Assembly (NCBI GenBank): GCA_030141605.1
Contig: JAQGDQ010001607.1
Coordinates: 1-32,689, forward strand
Direction of reading: 5' to 3'
DNA: 32,689 bases
From: Tubiluchus corallicola
Lineage: Eukaryota > Animalia > Priapulida
Positions 1 through 11,372 of this stretch are shown here, one piece after another (within the stretch, counting starts at the first letter, position 1; each line of letters opens with the position of its first letter). Made by a program: the position numbers and the translations under genes. Below the pieces are notes generated by a model, which had not been told where the DNA came from, did no database searches, and was given only the letters and a program-made list of their open reading frames with translations.

Positions 1-100
1 CTTTACTTAATTGTGCATTAGTGTGTGCATAGAGTGATTTACTAGCAGGATCTTGCTTTTGAACAAGAAAAAATGAACTAGACAAGGTTCTAGCTAGACA
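1..100 (-). repeat. Dispersed repeat fragment, inverted copy of about 25064-25160
   Basis: agagtgatttactagcaggatctt...aacaagaaaaaatgaactag...aaggttctagctag is the reverse complement of the 25064-25160 segment. Confidence 0.85.
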
Positions 101-329
101 AAATTTCGCCATCTTTAATATGCTGTACTTTTTGTAAGTAGTAGTATCACTTGTGATAAATACTTTGCGCGGCAAGACATTGTAGGAGAGCAAGTTTTTT
201 GTATAACTGTCAAATGATGAATCAGTATGACTGAAGTTACATTGTTGTCCAATAAGTCATCACCATTTTGTGCCGTTTCCAAGCTGTTAACTTTGTTATA
301 GGAGATAACATTGAGTATCGTTGATGTAG

Positions 330-474
330 GTAACCGATGCCATGAGAGACAAGACGTGCGGTTTGTGCGGCATCTACGACAACGATGTGTCCAACGACTT
401 CACGAACATTGATGGCCATGTAGCCTCTTCTGTCTTGGATTTTGTACGCAGTTGGCGAATGAACGGCCCAAATG
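330..474 (+). CDS. Exon 1 in window: end of VWD1 (VTDAMRDKTCGLCGIYDNDVSNDF...FVRSWRMNGPN)
   Basis: gatgtag|GTA acceptor and G|gtaggc donor. CGLCG motif and conserved F..SW. The 5' boundary cannot be phase-checked because the upstream exon is outside the window. Confidence 0.85.
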
Positions 475-781
475 GTAGGCACAGTATGAGTGTGAGAAAA
501 TGTGGTCGGCGGAATAATACAAATTCTTTAAATTCACACAAGAAGGGATTATGCTTGGCAGTATAATTAAAGTGTGCCGGGTCTGGTTTGTAAATGGTTG
601 GGTGCTGGCCTGTTCAGTCACTTTTTTCAGTAATTTCTTTGGCTTCTGCATAGTTCTAGAGTTCCAGATTGTTCTTGATAGTGAGCTATGTGCTGGTCCC
701 GCTGCAACCCTTCACTTTAAAATGAGCTGTGTATTAAAATGGCTTGTGATAATACTACTGCTATAGTTTGCAAGAGTCTGA

Positions 782-1522
782 ATAAAGCTTTTGTTTACTT
801 GCTATGCTATGTACAAAGCTTTTGTTTACTTGCTGTGCTATGTATAAAGTATTTCTTTGCATGCTGATGCATATGAAAAGAGTTTCATGCTATGCCATGT
901 GAAAGGCATTTGTTTACTTGCTATGCTATGTACAAAGCATTTGTTTACTTGCTGTGCTATGTACAAAGCATTTATTTGCATGCTGATGCATATGAAAAGA
1001 GTTTCATGCTATACCAAGTGCAAAGCATTTCTTTCCTTGCTATGCCACATACAAAGCATTGGTTTTCTTGCTATGCTATGTACAAAGTATTTCTTTGTAT
1101 GCTGATGCATATGCAGAGTTTCATGCTATGCCATGTGAAAGGCATTGTTTCCTTGTTATGCCACATACAAAGCATTTGTTTCTTTGCTATGCCATGTACA
1201 AAGCATTTGTTTTCTTGCTATGCTATGTACAAAGCATTTGTTTCCTTGCTATGCCATGTACAAAGCATTTGTTTCCTTGCTATGCCACGTACAAAACATT
1301 TGTTTCCTTGCTATGCTATGTACAAAGCATTTGTTTACTTGCTGTGCTATGTACAAAGCATTTATTTGCATGCTGATGCATATGAAAAGAGTTTCATGCT
1401 ATACCAAGTGAAAAGCATTTCTTTCCTTGCTATGCCACATACAAAGCATTGGTTTTCTTGCTATGCTATGTACAAAGTATTTCGTTGCATGCTGATACAT
1501 GTGCAAAGCATTGAATTCCTTG
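782..1522. repeat. Diverged ~31-bp minisatellite (aaagcatttgtttccttgctatgccatgtac) with higher-order blocks
   Basis: 31-bp period seen at 1231/1262. The block at about 930-1110 recurs 390 bp downstream. Confidence 0.95.
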
Positions 1523-1547
1523 TCAGTTTTTTATTTGTGTTTTACAG

Positions 1548-1705
1548 ACGATTGTCCAGCAACTGAAAACCGTGATAACACTTGCAACACTTTTGCGCTG
1601 CGAGGCGACGTTTCAGGTTTAGCCGTCGTCACCAAAGCATTAAACGAATGCAAGCGCTTAGAGGAACTAGTCCGTAACAATGAAAAATATCAGTCTTGTT
1701 CTAAG
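1548..1705 (+). CDS. Exon 2: VWD1-C8 linker (DDCPATENRDNTC...ECKRL...YQSCSK)
   Basis: ttttacag| acceptor and AAG|gtagga donor. Phase 1 to 0 fits both neighbours. Confidence 0.85.
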
Positions 1706-2100
1706 GTAGGACTGAAATAATAACGTTGCATATATTTATCGTGTAATTGATTCAGATTAGGGCTAAGATGGTTAGGCTTAATAATTAACCGTTTAAACTT
1801 CATACATTCACACATTCATTCTTTGCACGAGTAAGTAGTGCGATTCAAATGCAGCGGTGAGAATGTCCAACATGGTGGCATCCTTGTATCTAAACAAGTG
1901 AAAAATGTTGTTAATAATACAATTATATGCATGCGGAACATTGCTAACTGCATACACCAATTGAGAAAAGATAAGAGGTTTCATTAATAGAAAACTTGGC
2001 TAAGAAATGGTTAAGCAGTTAGTGATTTTCTAGACGGTACGGTAGTTAGCGGTTGATTAAACATTTAAATGGTTAGCCGTCTGAGCCTTGCTTCAGATTG

Positions 2101-3950
2101 TATAGATACTCAGTGTTAGAAGTGATCTATTCTTCTCATAGATACTCAATGTTAGAAGTGATTTATGTTTCTTACAGCTACTCAGTGTTAGAAGTGATTT
2201 ATGTTTCTTACAGATACTCAATGTTATAAGTGATTTATTCTTCTTATAGATACTCAGTGTTAGAAGTGATTTATTCTTCTTACAGCTACTCAGTGTTAGA
2301 AGTGATTTATTCTTCTTACAGATACTCAATGTTAGAAGTGATTTATTCTTCTTATAGCTACTCGGTGTTAGAAGTGATTTATTCTTCTTACAGCTACTCA
2401 GTGTTAGAAGTGATTTATTCTTCTCATAGATACTCAATGTTAGAAATGATTTATGTTTCTTACAGCTACTCAGTGTTAGAAGTGATTTATTCTTCTTACA
2501 GATACTCAGTGTTAGAAGTGATTTATTCTTCTTACAGATACTCAATGTTAGAAGTGTTTTATTCTTCTTACAGATACTCAATGTTAGAAGTGTTTTATTC
2601 TTTTTACAGATACTCAATGTTAGAAGTGTTTTATTCTTCTCATAGATACTCAATGTTAGAAATGATTTATTCTTCTCATAGATACTCAGTGTTAGAAGTG
2701 ATCTATTCTTCTTACAGATACTCAATGTTAGAAGTGATTTATGTTTCTTACAGATACTCAATGTTAGAAGTGATTTATGTTTCTTACAGATACTCAATGT
2801 TAGAAGTGATTTATTCTTCTTGTAGCTACTCGGTGTTAGAAGTGATTTATTCTTCTTACAGCTACTCAGTGTTAGAAGTGATTTATTCTTCTCATAGATA
2901 CTCAATGTTAGAAATGATTTATGTTTCTTACAGCTACTCAGTGTTAGAAGTGATTTATTTTTCTTACAGATACTCAGTGTTAGAAGTGATTTATTCTTCT
3001 TACAGATACTCAATGTTAGAAGTGATTTATGTTTCTTACAGATACTCAATGTTAGAAGTGATTTATGTTTCTTACAGATACTCAATGTTAGAAGTGATTT
3101 ATTCTTCTTATAGCTACTCGGTGTTAGAAGTGATTTATTCTTCTTACAGCTACTCAGTGTTAGAAGTGATTTATTCTTCTCATAGATACTCAGTGTTAGA
3201 AATGATTTATGTTTCTTACAGCTACTCAGTGTTAGAAGTGATTTATTCTTCTTACAGATACTCAGTGTTAGAAGTGATTTATTCTTCTTACAACTACTCA
3301 GTGTTAGAAGTGATTTATTCTTCTTACAACTACTCAGTGTTAGAAGTGATTTATTCTTCTTACAACTACTCAGTGTTAGAAGTGATTTATTCTTCTTACA
3401 ACTACTCAGTGTTAGAAGTCATTTATTCTTCTTACAGATACTCAATGTTAGAAGTGATTTATTCTTCTTATAGCTACTCGGTGTTAGAAGTGATTTATTC
3501 TTCTTACAGCTACTCAGTGTTAGAAGTGATTTATTCTTCTCATAGATACTCAATGTTAGAAATGATTTATGTTTCTTACAGCTACTCAGTGTTAGAAGTG
3601 ATTTATTCTTCTTACAGATACTCAGTGTTAGAAGTGATTTATTCTTCTTACAGATACTCATTGTTAGAAGTGATTTATTCTTCTTACAGATACTCAATAT
3701 TAGAAGTGATTTATGTTTCTTACAGATACTCAATGTTAGAAGTGATTTATTCTTCTTACAGATACTCAATGTTAAAAGTGATTTATTCTTCTTACAGATA
3801 CTCAGTGTTAGAAGTGATTTATTCTTCTTACAACTACTCAGTGTTAGAAGTGATTTATTCTTCTTACAACTACTCAGTGTTAGAAGTGATTTATGTTTCT
3901 TACAACTACTCAGTGTTAGAAGTGATTTATTCTTCTTACAGATACTCAAT
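2101..3950. repeat. 36-bp satellite, about 51 copies (atactcaatgttagaagtgatttattcttcttacag)
   Basis: The register is exact: 2106 to 3942 = 1836 = 51 x 36. The array runs into exon 3. Confidence 0.99.
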
Positions 3951-4104
3951 ATTAATCGCTATGTTGAAGCTTGTAGACAAGACGTATGTAGCTGTTCCGC
4001 TGAAAGACAAGACTGCGCTTGCAACACTTTTGAGGCTTTCTTCCGCGACTGCTACAGGTTGTTCCCAGCTTTTGGCGAAACCTGGAGAACTGACGAGTTG
4101 TGTC
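3942..4104 (+). CDS. Exon 3: C8-1 domain (ILNINRYVEACRQDVCSC...CACNTFEAFFRDC...WRTDELC)
   Basis: The acceptor tcttcttacag|ATA is in the last unit of the 36-bp satellite. Donor C|gtgagt. Canonical C8 Cys/WR pattern, read in a different frame from the ORF-track 627-aa ORF. Confidence 0.9.
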
Positions 4105-4228
4105 GTGAGTTGATTTTCCAGAACTGCTTCTATTTGGATTAAGTTAGTTTTGAAAAGTCACTGATTGAACCAGCCCTTCTAGTCATGATGATCAATTTCT
4201 TTTGTATCTCATTCTGTATGTAATAATT

Positions 4229-4355
4229 AAGTCAGCTACGTTGAGCTTTGAAATCATTTGTTAATTATTTTGTTAATGTCGGATTAGTAATTAATAATTA
4301 ACACCCTCTCGCCCTTATTTCTGGGGGCCATTGCCTCCTGTCCCCCCCCCTGTCC
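4229..4355 (+). repeat. Dispersed repeat fragment, related to about 14560-14740
   Basis: Both copies share attttgttaatgtcRgattagtaattaataattaaca and a downstream caccctctc...attgcc.cctgtc. Confidence 0.7.
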
Positions 4356-4619
4356 TGAAATTTGGTTCCTCTACCACTGGGGCGGGGATGAAAATGTAGG
4401 ATGTTTGAAACTCAGACAAATCCATACAGTAGTAATTTAAGAATAAATTGAATTATGCATCGTCGTTAATGGCATCACGAAGGAGGTGTCCGTCTATCTT
4501 AGGTACTTTGTGATCAAATAACAATGCCTTAAGTAATTTAGCAAAAGATTTGACATCAAAAATTGCTGGAAATGAGCAAGGGGGGGGGGCTGTCAGACTG
4601 TAGTGTGTGGAATTGTTTG

Positions 4620-4756
4620 AAAAAAAGCAACTAACAGTTTTTCCCGCACCGAATTCTATTGAAACTCAATGAGCAAGGTTCCAGTCTTACCACAATGATC
4701 CAGGAAAAAAGCAACTGACAGTTTTTCCCACAACGAATTCTATTCAAACTCAATGA
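4620..4756. repeat. Local duplication of about 55 bp (aaaaaagcaactRacagtttttccc...cgaattctatt.aaactcaatga), 2 copies
   Basis: Direct visual match between about 4620-4672 and about 4705-4756. Confidence 0.8.
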
Positions 4757-4856
4757 ATTATGATGTGTTGAACTATACAGTTAGTGTTATAAAGTTACAT
4801 GTTTTCCTTTGCTGTTTCATTCTTTACATTGACTAATGCAGCTGTGTTGTTTGCAG

Positions 4857-5088
4857 CTGTGACTTGCCCAGCTGGAAAACAGCATACAGATTGTGGTACC
4901 ACGTGCCCCACGACGTGTCGGGGTCAGGCGTTCGACTGCGATGAGGCGGAATGTTTCGACGGCTGCGTCTGTCCGACTGACACGGTATTGGATAAAGACA
5001 CGTGTGTCGTCCAGGAGGATTGTCCGTGTAACCACCAGGGGGCAGTTTATAAAACTGGTGATACCGTTGAGATGGACTGTAATACTTG
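4857..5088 (+). CDS. Exon 4: TIL1-E1 (VTCPAGKQHTDCGTTCPTTC...CFDGCVCP...CPCNHQG...DCNT)
   Basis: tttgcag| acceptor and TG|gtaact donor. Ten-Cys TIL pattern. Confidence 0.95.
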
Positions 5089-5104
5089 GTAACTGTTTAA
5101 CTCT

Positions 5105-5478
5105 TTCCTTTATAAATGGAAAAAGTTTTGCAATATTAAAGTCCCTATCAGCATTTAAAACAAAATTAAAATCACTAATATTAACCAGATATGAAATACC
5201 GTCACACCAGTACGACAACACACGCACTAATTCAGAATTCATATATCCACGGCCATATTAATTAAATCATAGTTTTTTCATTTTTTGTGCATAGTTGTAA
5301 ATATGTTTGATTTTATTCGTCGTTACTTTCCATTACTGCACAGTAGTTTAGATTGCACTGACGCATTTGCCTTTAGCAGTGTAAGTTTTTATTAACTAAC
5401 ACTGATTGATCATCTCTGTAAAGTTTTTATCAGTGATTATCAATGTATTTTAATGGCAAATAAAGATTATTATATATA
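5105..5478 (+). mobile_element. 3' remnant of a CR1/L2-group LINE
   Basis: Encodes ..KSLSAFKTKLKSLIL.., which resembles a CR1/L2 ORF2 C-terminus. An AT-rich tail follows, ending ggcaaataaagattattat. Confidence 0.5.
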
Positions 5479-6272
5479 AAATGTTCAATAATTTTTTTGC
5501 TGTAAGCCTACCAATTATGTTGATCGCAATCTACCAGTCGAACACTAAGATAGTTCTGGTACATCGCATGCACTTATTTTTCCAAAAAAACATAAAAAAT
5601 AAAGTAACTACTTTACAAACATCACCCATTGTTTTCGCCTGTTTCAGTGCCAGGTTCACTACTAGGTTAGGAGAACTCAGACTCTCTAAAGAAATTTTAA
5701 TTAATGTCAGTGAACGTGGTTAAATTTCATGTTGCTCACTTGAGCAATGTAAAATCACAAAAGACGGCAAACTATCACAGACGTTGCCATTGAAATGGCC
5801 AAATGTGCAAGAAATGCGAGAAACAATCTGATTGGCTGGCAGAAAGATCAGCCACCAATCTTGAGGCTTGTATAATCGGGCCGGTTGATAGGCCCAGTCG
5901 TCTTCTTGGTGCGTAAAAGAAGCAGCTACTGCAAATTTCAAACAAGCTAGCAAGTTGACCTGTAATTTAATTTTACTAAACTTCAGAAACGGTATAAAAT
6001 TTACCGGGCGACCAAGTAAGAGCCAAATAAGTGTACAGAGTTGTATTATGCAATGGGGGTTCATGCAGTTATGTAAGGTGCACTAACTTATATTGTACAT
6101 ATAAAGAATATTCACTGTATTAACAAATAAATCTATGCTTTGTACTTTTATAGTAGGTAGATCATTTTGACTTGGTCATTTTATGAGTACCTCACAAGCT
6201 AAAATACTGTGCTGACCCCTGCTGTAAGTTTCTGCAGTTTTCATGTGATATTTTATTCATTTTTTTACCTAG

Positions 6273-6442
6273 TCGGTGTCACGGTGGACGGTGGCTGTGC
6301 ACCGCTCGTTTGTGTGAGGGTCGTTGCTCCGTCGTCGGCACTCATTTCTCTACATTTGATGAAAATAAATACAACTTGAATGGAATGTGCTCGTATTATC
6401 TAGTGAAAGGGAATTCCTATTCTGTGGAGCTTAGCAATCCAG
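6273..6442 (+). CDS. Exon 5: E1 end and VWD2 start (CRCHGGRWLCTARLCEGRCSVVGTHFSTFDE...GMCSYYLVK)
   Basis: tttacctag| acceptor and G|gtaatt donor. HFxTFD motif. Missed by the ORF track. Confidence 0.95.
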
Positions 6443-6835
6443 GTAATTAAACGAATAAAATCTTTTAATGAAATTTCCTTTTGTCTCAAAAGACAAGAAA
6501 AGGGGCACCTTAAGTAGGTTTTAGAAAAATCACCTTAAAAAATTATATTACTTAACAGCAATTTCATGCATATATCGTATTCGCGTTGAAAGAAATTTTT
6601 GTTTGTTTTCATTTTGAATCTCCTGCAATATTGTTCCGAAGTCGCCATTACATGACGTCAGTAAAATACGTAAATCAGGGGAAGAAAAGGAAATGTTAAA
6701 CTATGTCCCAAAAAACTTTCCATGGAAAGTTATGTTACTGAGCATTTCGCTTACCTGCTGGAAAGACTTATGTAACTAGAAAAGAAAATTGTTAATAATT
6801 TAAAATGTTTTACTAAATGGTAAGATGTCGCTGAC

Positions 6836-7150
6836 TCACCCTCCAGGGTGCACCACTCACTAACCAAAAAACGTATGTTTAATCTTATTGACAAGATACA
6901 GTGATTTTAAATTTTACTCGCTTAGTGACGTGTGCACTACGAATGCTCTGATTATTTTTTCAAACTTTACAAAATGTTATCTAAAGTTGTTTCAAACGAC
7001 CTGTCGTCAAAATGGCTGCGTCTAACGGTCATCGCGGGAGTTTAAATTTACAAGTTTTATACACCGTTACTGCCGGCGTGAATCCAGTGAATAAAAGCAG
7101 TTTGTAAGTGGTATAAAATTTCAAGACAAATTTTTTTAGCTTTACGTAAG
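6836..7150 (+). repeat. Unclassified dispersed repeat, second copy at about 10310-10595
   Basis: Collinear shared blocks: gtgcaccact..aaaaacgtat..atcttattgacaa..cgaatgct..ttcaaacgac..aaaatggctg..ttaaatttacaa. Confidence 0.85.
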
Positions 7151-7310
7151 TGGAGGGTTTTCTTGTGCTAAAAGCGACCAACATTTAAAACAACTTTGTG
7201 CATCTTACTTTGTATTTTAAGATGAATTTGAGATTTACTCAGAACTTTGTGGCTATCAATTGAATGTTGTTCAATAATAACAATTTTTGGTTCAACTTTT
7301 TATCATACTA

Positions 7311-7395
7311 ATGATGATGATGATGATGATGACACTGATGTTGATGTTGATGAGGATGATGTTGACAGTGATGATGATGATGATGATGATGATGA
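7311..7395. repeat. (GAT)n imperfect microsatellite
   Basis: Seen directly. Confidence 0.97.
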
Positions 7396-7820
7396 CATAC
7401 ATGTTTTAGTGCAAGTGTTAGCTTTCTACTCAGCAATTTTAGTTTCTTGATGAGCAGATTGCACTTATTTTCTGAAGACGGCAAGTAAACGGATGGGTGA
7501 ACCACTTGATACTTTCTCCAAGTGTTCTCATTTGCCATGCTGATTCTGGCTGTTCACCTCATTGGGAAAAGATGTATTGACATTTGAATGTGGCCTACAA
7601 ACCTAAGCCAGCTCTACAGGATCGTTCTTGACAATAAGCTACGTCCCGGTCATGCCACACACATCATTAAATAGGTCCTGGATTCTGTCTTGCAATGTGT
7701 TCCAATATTCACTGCAAATTTTATTTTCAAAATTCTTGTTTAGGGTCCGTAATTTGACGTAATTAAAATGAATGATTTTTTTTCATTTTCGACGGTCATC
7801 TATGTATGTGACCATTACAG

Positions 7821-7990
7821 GATGTTTGGCTGGACAGTCTTGTCTTCGTTCAATGACCGTTCACTATGCTGACCACGTAATCAAGCTAGGAGAAAAGCAT
7901 CAGCTTTTCGTTAACGGCGAGCAGATTGATCGTTTGCCCGTCAGTCTGAATGGCGTTACCATCACGCTTGCTTCCAGTACGTTTCAAAAG
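7821..7990 (+). CDS. Exon 6: VWD2 (CLAGQSCLRSMTV...LFVNGEQIDRLP...TFQK)
   Basis: cattacag| acceptor and AAG|gtattg donor. VNG....LP VWD motif. Confidence 0.92.
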
Positions 7991-8037
7991 GTATTGCTGT
8001 TGGTTTTGTATTATTTTCTTGCAAACACAATTTGACA

Positions 8038-8347
8038 TTCGCGCCACTAGTTGTTCGCTGCTACATGCATTTTGTTATTCGCTAGTTAGATGTAAACACA
8101 TTGCACAAAAAACAGGCACTGTACCTCTCAGTTCAGATGTCTCAGTTTGTGAATTACTGCAGAGGTTTGACAGCTCATGTGTGAGCACAGCGGTAAATTT
8201 GAAATTTGAACTTGCCTAGTTTTGGTAGAACGCACTGAACATGTTACGGTGGCACTGTACTTCAATTTATGCTTTTGCAAACACGTGCAACATGCTCATG
8301 GAATACGTTTATTGTTGAAAATTAAGTTAGTTTGTGATGTCATCAAT
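8038..8347 (+). repeat. Unclassified dispersed repeat, second copy at about 21865-22337
   Basis: Shared blocks ttcgcgccactagtt..ctgtacctctcagttcagatgt..taaatttgaaatttgaa..gcaaacacgtgcaaca..gttagtttgtgatgtcat. Confidence 0.9.
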
Positions 8348-8429
8348 ACCTTGAGCAAAGTAAAAAAATACCTTGAGTTAAAGTGAAATATGCATCATTA
8401 AGTAAAAAAGGTGTTAAAAAGTCAGCTTC

Positions 8430-9528
8430 GTTAAATGAAACATTTCTAATCGTTAAACGAGGACGTACTGCACAACATTCTCTGTGGGAGCGTCGTTAAA
8501 TGAAACATTTCTAAGCATTAAGCGAGTACGTACTGTACAACACTCTCTTGTGGGAGCGTTGTTAAACGAAACATTGCTAAGCATTAAGCGAGGACGTACT
8601 GTACAACACTCTCTGTGGGAGCGTCGTTAAACGAAACATTGCTAAGCATTAAGCGAGTACGTACTGTACAACACTCTCTGTGGGAGCGTCGTTAAATGAA
8701 ACATTTCTAATCGTTAAGCGAGGAGGTACTGTATAACATTCTCTGTGGGAGCGTCGTTAAATGAAACATTTCTAATCGTTAAGCGAGGAGGTACTGTATA
8801 ACATTCTCTGTGGGAGCGTCGTTAAATGAAACATTTCTAATCGTTAAGCGAGGACGTACTGTATAACATTCTCTGTGGGAGCGTTGTTAAATGAAACATT
8901 TCTAATCGTTAAGCGAGGACGTACTGTATAACACTCTCTGTGGGAGCGTTGTTAAACGAAACATTGCTAAGCATTAAGCGAGGACGTACTGTATAACACT
9001 CTCTGTGGGAGCGTTGTTAAATGAAACATTTCTAATCGTTAAGCGAGGACGTAATGTATAACACTCTCTGTGGGAGCGTTGTTAAACGAAACATTTCTAA
9101 TCGTTAAGCGAGGACGTACTGTATAACACTCTCTGTGGGAGCGTTGTTAAACGAAACATTTCTAATCGTTAGGCGAGGATGTACTGTATAACATTCTCTG
9201 TGGGAGCGTTGTTAAGTGAAACATTTCTAATCGTTAAGCGAGGACGTAATGTATAACACTCTCTGTGGGAGCGTCGTTAAACGAAACATTGTTAAGCATT
9301 AAGCGAGGACGTACTGTACAACACTCTCTGTGGGAGCGTCGTTAAATGAAACATTTCTAAGCGTTAAGCGAAGACGTAATGTATAACACTCTCTGTGGGA
9401 GCGTTGTTAAGTGAAACATTTCTAAGCGTTAAGCGAAGACGTAATGTATAACACTCTCTGTGGGAGCGTCGTTAAACGAAACATTGTTAAGCATTAAGCG
9501 AGGACGTACTGTACAACACTCTCTCTGT
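8430..9528. repeat. 65-bp satellite, about 17 copies, each containing a pogo/Tigger-like TIR (cgttaagcgaggacgtactg-ta)
   Basis: 65-bp period seen at 8756/8821. The reverse complement of the core is TA-CAGTACGTCCTCGCTTAACG. Confidence 0.95.
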
Positions 9529-9566
9529 GATGGTACGATGCATTTGCTGATTTGCTGTACTTTCAG

Positions 9567-9741
9567 GTTGATCTGAGCAATGGACTGAGCATCTGGTGGG
9601 ATGGGCAGGCGACCACATACGTTGACGCCAGTCCGGAATTATCCGGGAAACTTGCAGGACTTTGTGGAACCTTTGACTTTCAAAGTGGCAACGACTTCGC
9701 GACTCCAGAGGGAGACATCGAGTCTGACGTCGAGTCATTTG
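9567..9741 (+). CDS. Exon 7: VWD2 (VDLSNGLSIWWDG...KLAGLCGTFDFQSGNDFATPEGD...ESF)
   Basis: ctttcag| acceptor and G|gtaaga donor. WDG and GLCG motifs. Confidence 0.95.
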
Positions 9742-9846
9742 GTAAGATTTCTTGAAGAGAAAAATGCCATTGAACAGTGTGAATTGATTTTTTTTCATTT
9801 TTGTTTTGTGCCGTGTCATATTGTACAATTTTTAATTATATTTCAG

Positions 9847-9981
9847 CATCAAAATGGCAGACATCAGCCACATGCACTCTTCCTTCAACTGTGCCAATTT
9901 TAGACGCTTGTGAATTACACGAACAGTGGCGCACCCTAGCGGAGGATTCGTGCAGGGTACTGTACAGCGAAGTATTTCAAG
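9847..9981 (+). CDS. Exon 8: VWD2-C8 linker (ASKWQTSATC...DACELHEQW...AEDSCRVLYSEVFQ)
   Basis: atttcag| acceptor and G|gtaact donor. Phase 1 to 1. Confidence 0.93.
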
Positions 9982-10138
9982 GTAACTTTAAAGGCAATTT
10001 TAAAGCAGACATGAGAAGACCTTGCAGGCATTTTGAATTACTAAGCATTATGATTACTGTTTGAAAGATTTATGTAAGTGGTAAACAAAATTCTTAATGA
10101 TTTATAATAACTGAGCCATCTGGTAAAACATCTGTGTA

Positions 10139-10345
10139 TCACTATCCCAGTATGCACCACTGATTCACCAATAACACTACGTCACCATCCCAGTGTGCAC
10201 CACTGATTCACCAATAACACTACGTCACTATCCCAGTGTGCACCACTGATTCACCAATACCACTGCATCACCATCCCAGTGTGCACTACTGATTCACCAA
10301 CAGCACTGCATCACCATCCCAGCGTGCACCACTGATTCATCAAAA
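10139..10345. repeat. 43-bp minisatellite, about 4.7 copies
   Basis: Unit tcaccatcccagtgtgcaccactgattcaccaataacactacg, period seen at 10139/10182. Confidence 0.93.
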
Positions 10346-10595
10346 ACGTATTATCGATCTTATTGACAATATAAAGTAATTTATACTTTTGCTTAGTTAA
10401 TGAAGTGTGCGCCACGAATGCTTTAAATATTTTTTCAAACTTTTTGCAATGTTATTTAAACTTTTTTCAAACGACTTTCCGTTAAAATGGCTGTGAGCAA
10501 CGATCATTGCAGAAACTTAAATTTACAAATTTTATACAAAAGTTAGGATGTAGGTGATGCAACGTTTCAAAACAACTTTTTTTAGGTTTATGTAA
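10310..10595 (+). repeat. Second copy of the 6836-7150 dispersed repeat
   Basis: Collinear similarity as described for 6836-7150. Confidence 0.85.
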
Positions 10596-10920
10596 GAACT
10601 CTATTTTTTGTCCTTTAATAAGAAATAGTTTAACTTTAAATTTTTACCCTAAACCTTTTAGTCTGAAAATATGTAATTTGTTTTTGAAATAAAAGAAAAG
10701 GGTTTATGTGAAATTATTTGATAACATTATGATCAGAAATAATGGATTGTGTAGGTGCTGACAAAATACGGATGCGAGAGGCTTGGTTTAATATACCTTT
10801 TGAAGTTTCTCCTGGAAGGTATCGTAAATTTGCTAGTAGAGCTCCATAGAGAAGCAGGTTTGAGAAAAACTTAGAATGAGATTAGCTGCGTATTCCGTTT
10901 ATTACGTTGTCTTATTTCAG

Positions 10921-11091
10921 CCTGCCATCAGCTTGTAGATGCGTATGATTATTTCTTGGACTGTAAGCAGGACGTATGCAGCAATCAGGGACATCTTAGT
11001 GACGGCCTCTGTCCAATTTTGTCTGAATATGCTTCAGATTGTGCCGCTAAAGGTGTAAGAGTTAAATGGAGATCTCACATTGTTCAGTGCG
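10921..11091 (+). CDS. Exon 9: C8-2 (ACHQLVDAYDYFLDCKQDVC...LCPILSEYASDCAAKGVRVKWR...QC)
   Basis: cttatttcag| acceptor and G|gtaagt donor. C8 pattern. Confidence 0.95.
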
Positions 11092-11284
11092 GTAAGTCTT
11101 TCCATGTTTATGCTGATGACAGGGCATTACTTACACTCCACTGTGATGTAACATTGTTTGCCCAATTAAGGAGAAATCTTTAAAATGGTACAAAGACTCT
11201 GACAATAATTACCAGATATTTGCGTAATCAATACATTATATCTATCTTTCCATGTTTAGCTCTACAGCTTCATGTTAATCAATA

Positions 11285-11372
11285 AGATGCTCGCTGATGA
11301 TCAAGAGGTTATAGGTTCGATTCCACGACCTGGTCATACAAAATACTGCAGCCTGCTGTATATCTGGTGTCA
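11285..11372 (+). mobile_element. Degenerate tRNA-derived SINE head
   Basis: B-box ggttcgattcc followed by ggtcatac, the same order as the SINE near 21 kb. Confidence 0.55.

Noticed and set aside
857-1566. Cys/Tyr-rich ORFs in all three + frames
   Set aside because: A 31-bp repeat cycling through frames inside an intron, with no domain signature.
2093-4113. Long ORFs of 627, 330 and 176 aa with 12-aa repeats (YSSYRYSVLEVI / LLTLSICKKNKS)
   Set aside because: They are translations of the 36-bp satellite. The real exon 3 is in another frame, and the ORF tail is an out-of-frame reading of it.
7247-7538. Poly-Asp and poly-His ORFs
   Set aside because: A (GAT)n microsatellite. Exons 5 and 6 join in phase without it.
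8430-9528. Regularly spaced repeats resembling a CRISPR array (also 19573-20465 and 29353-31050)
   Set aside because: Whole units repeat with no unique spacers, there are no cas genes, and the context is a spliceosomal intron.
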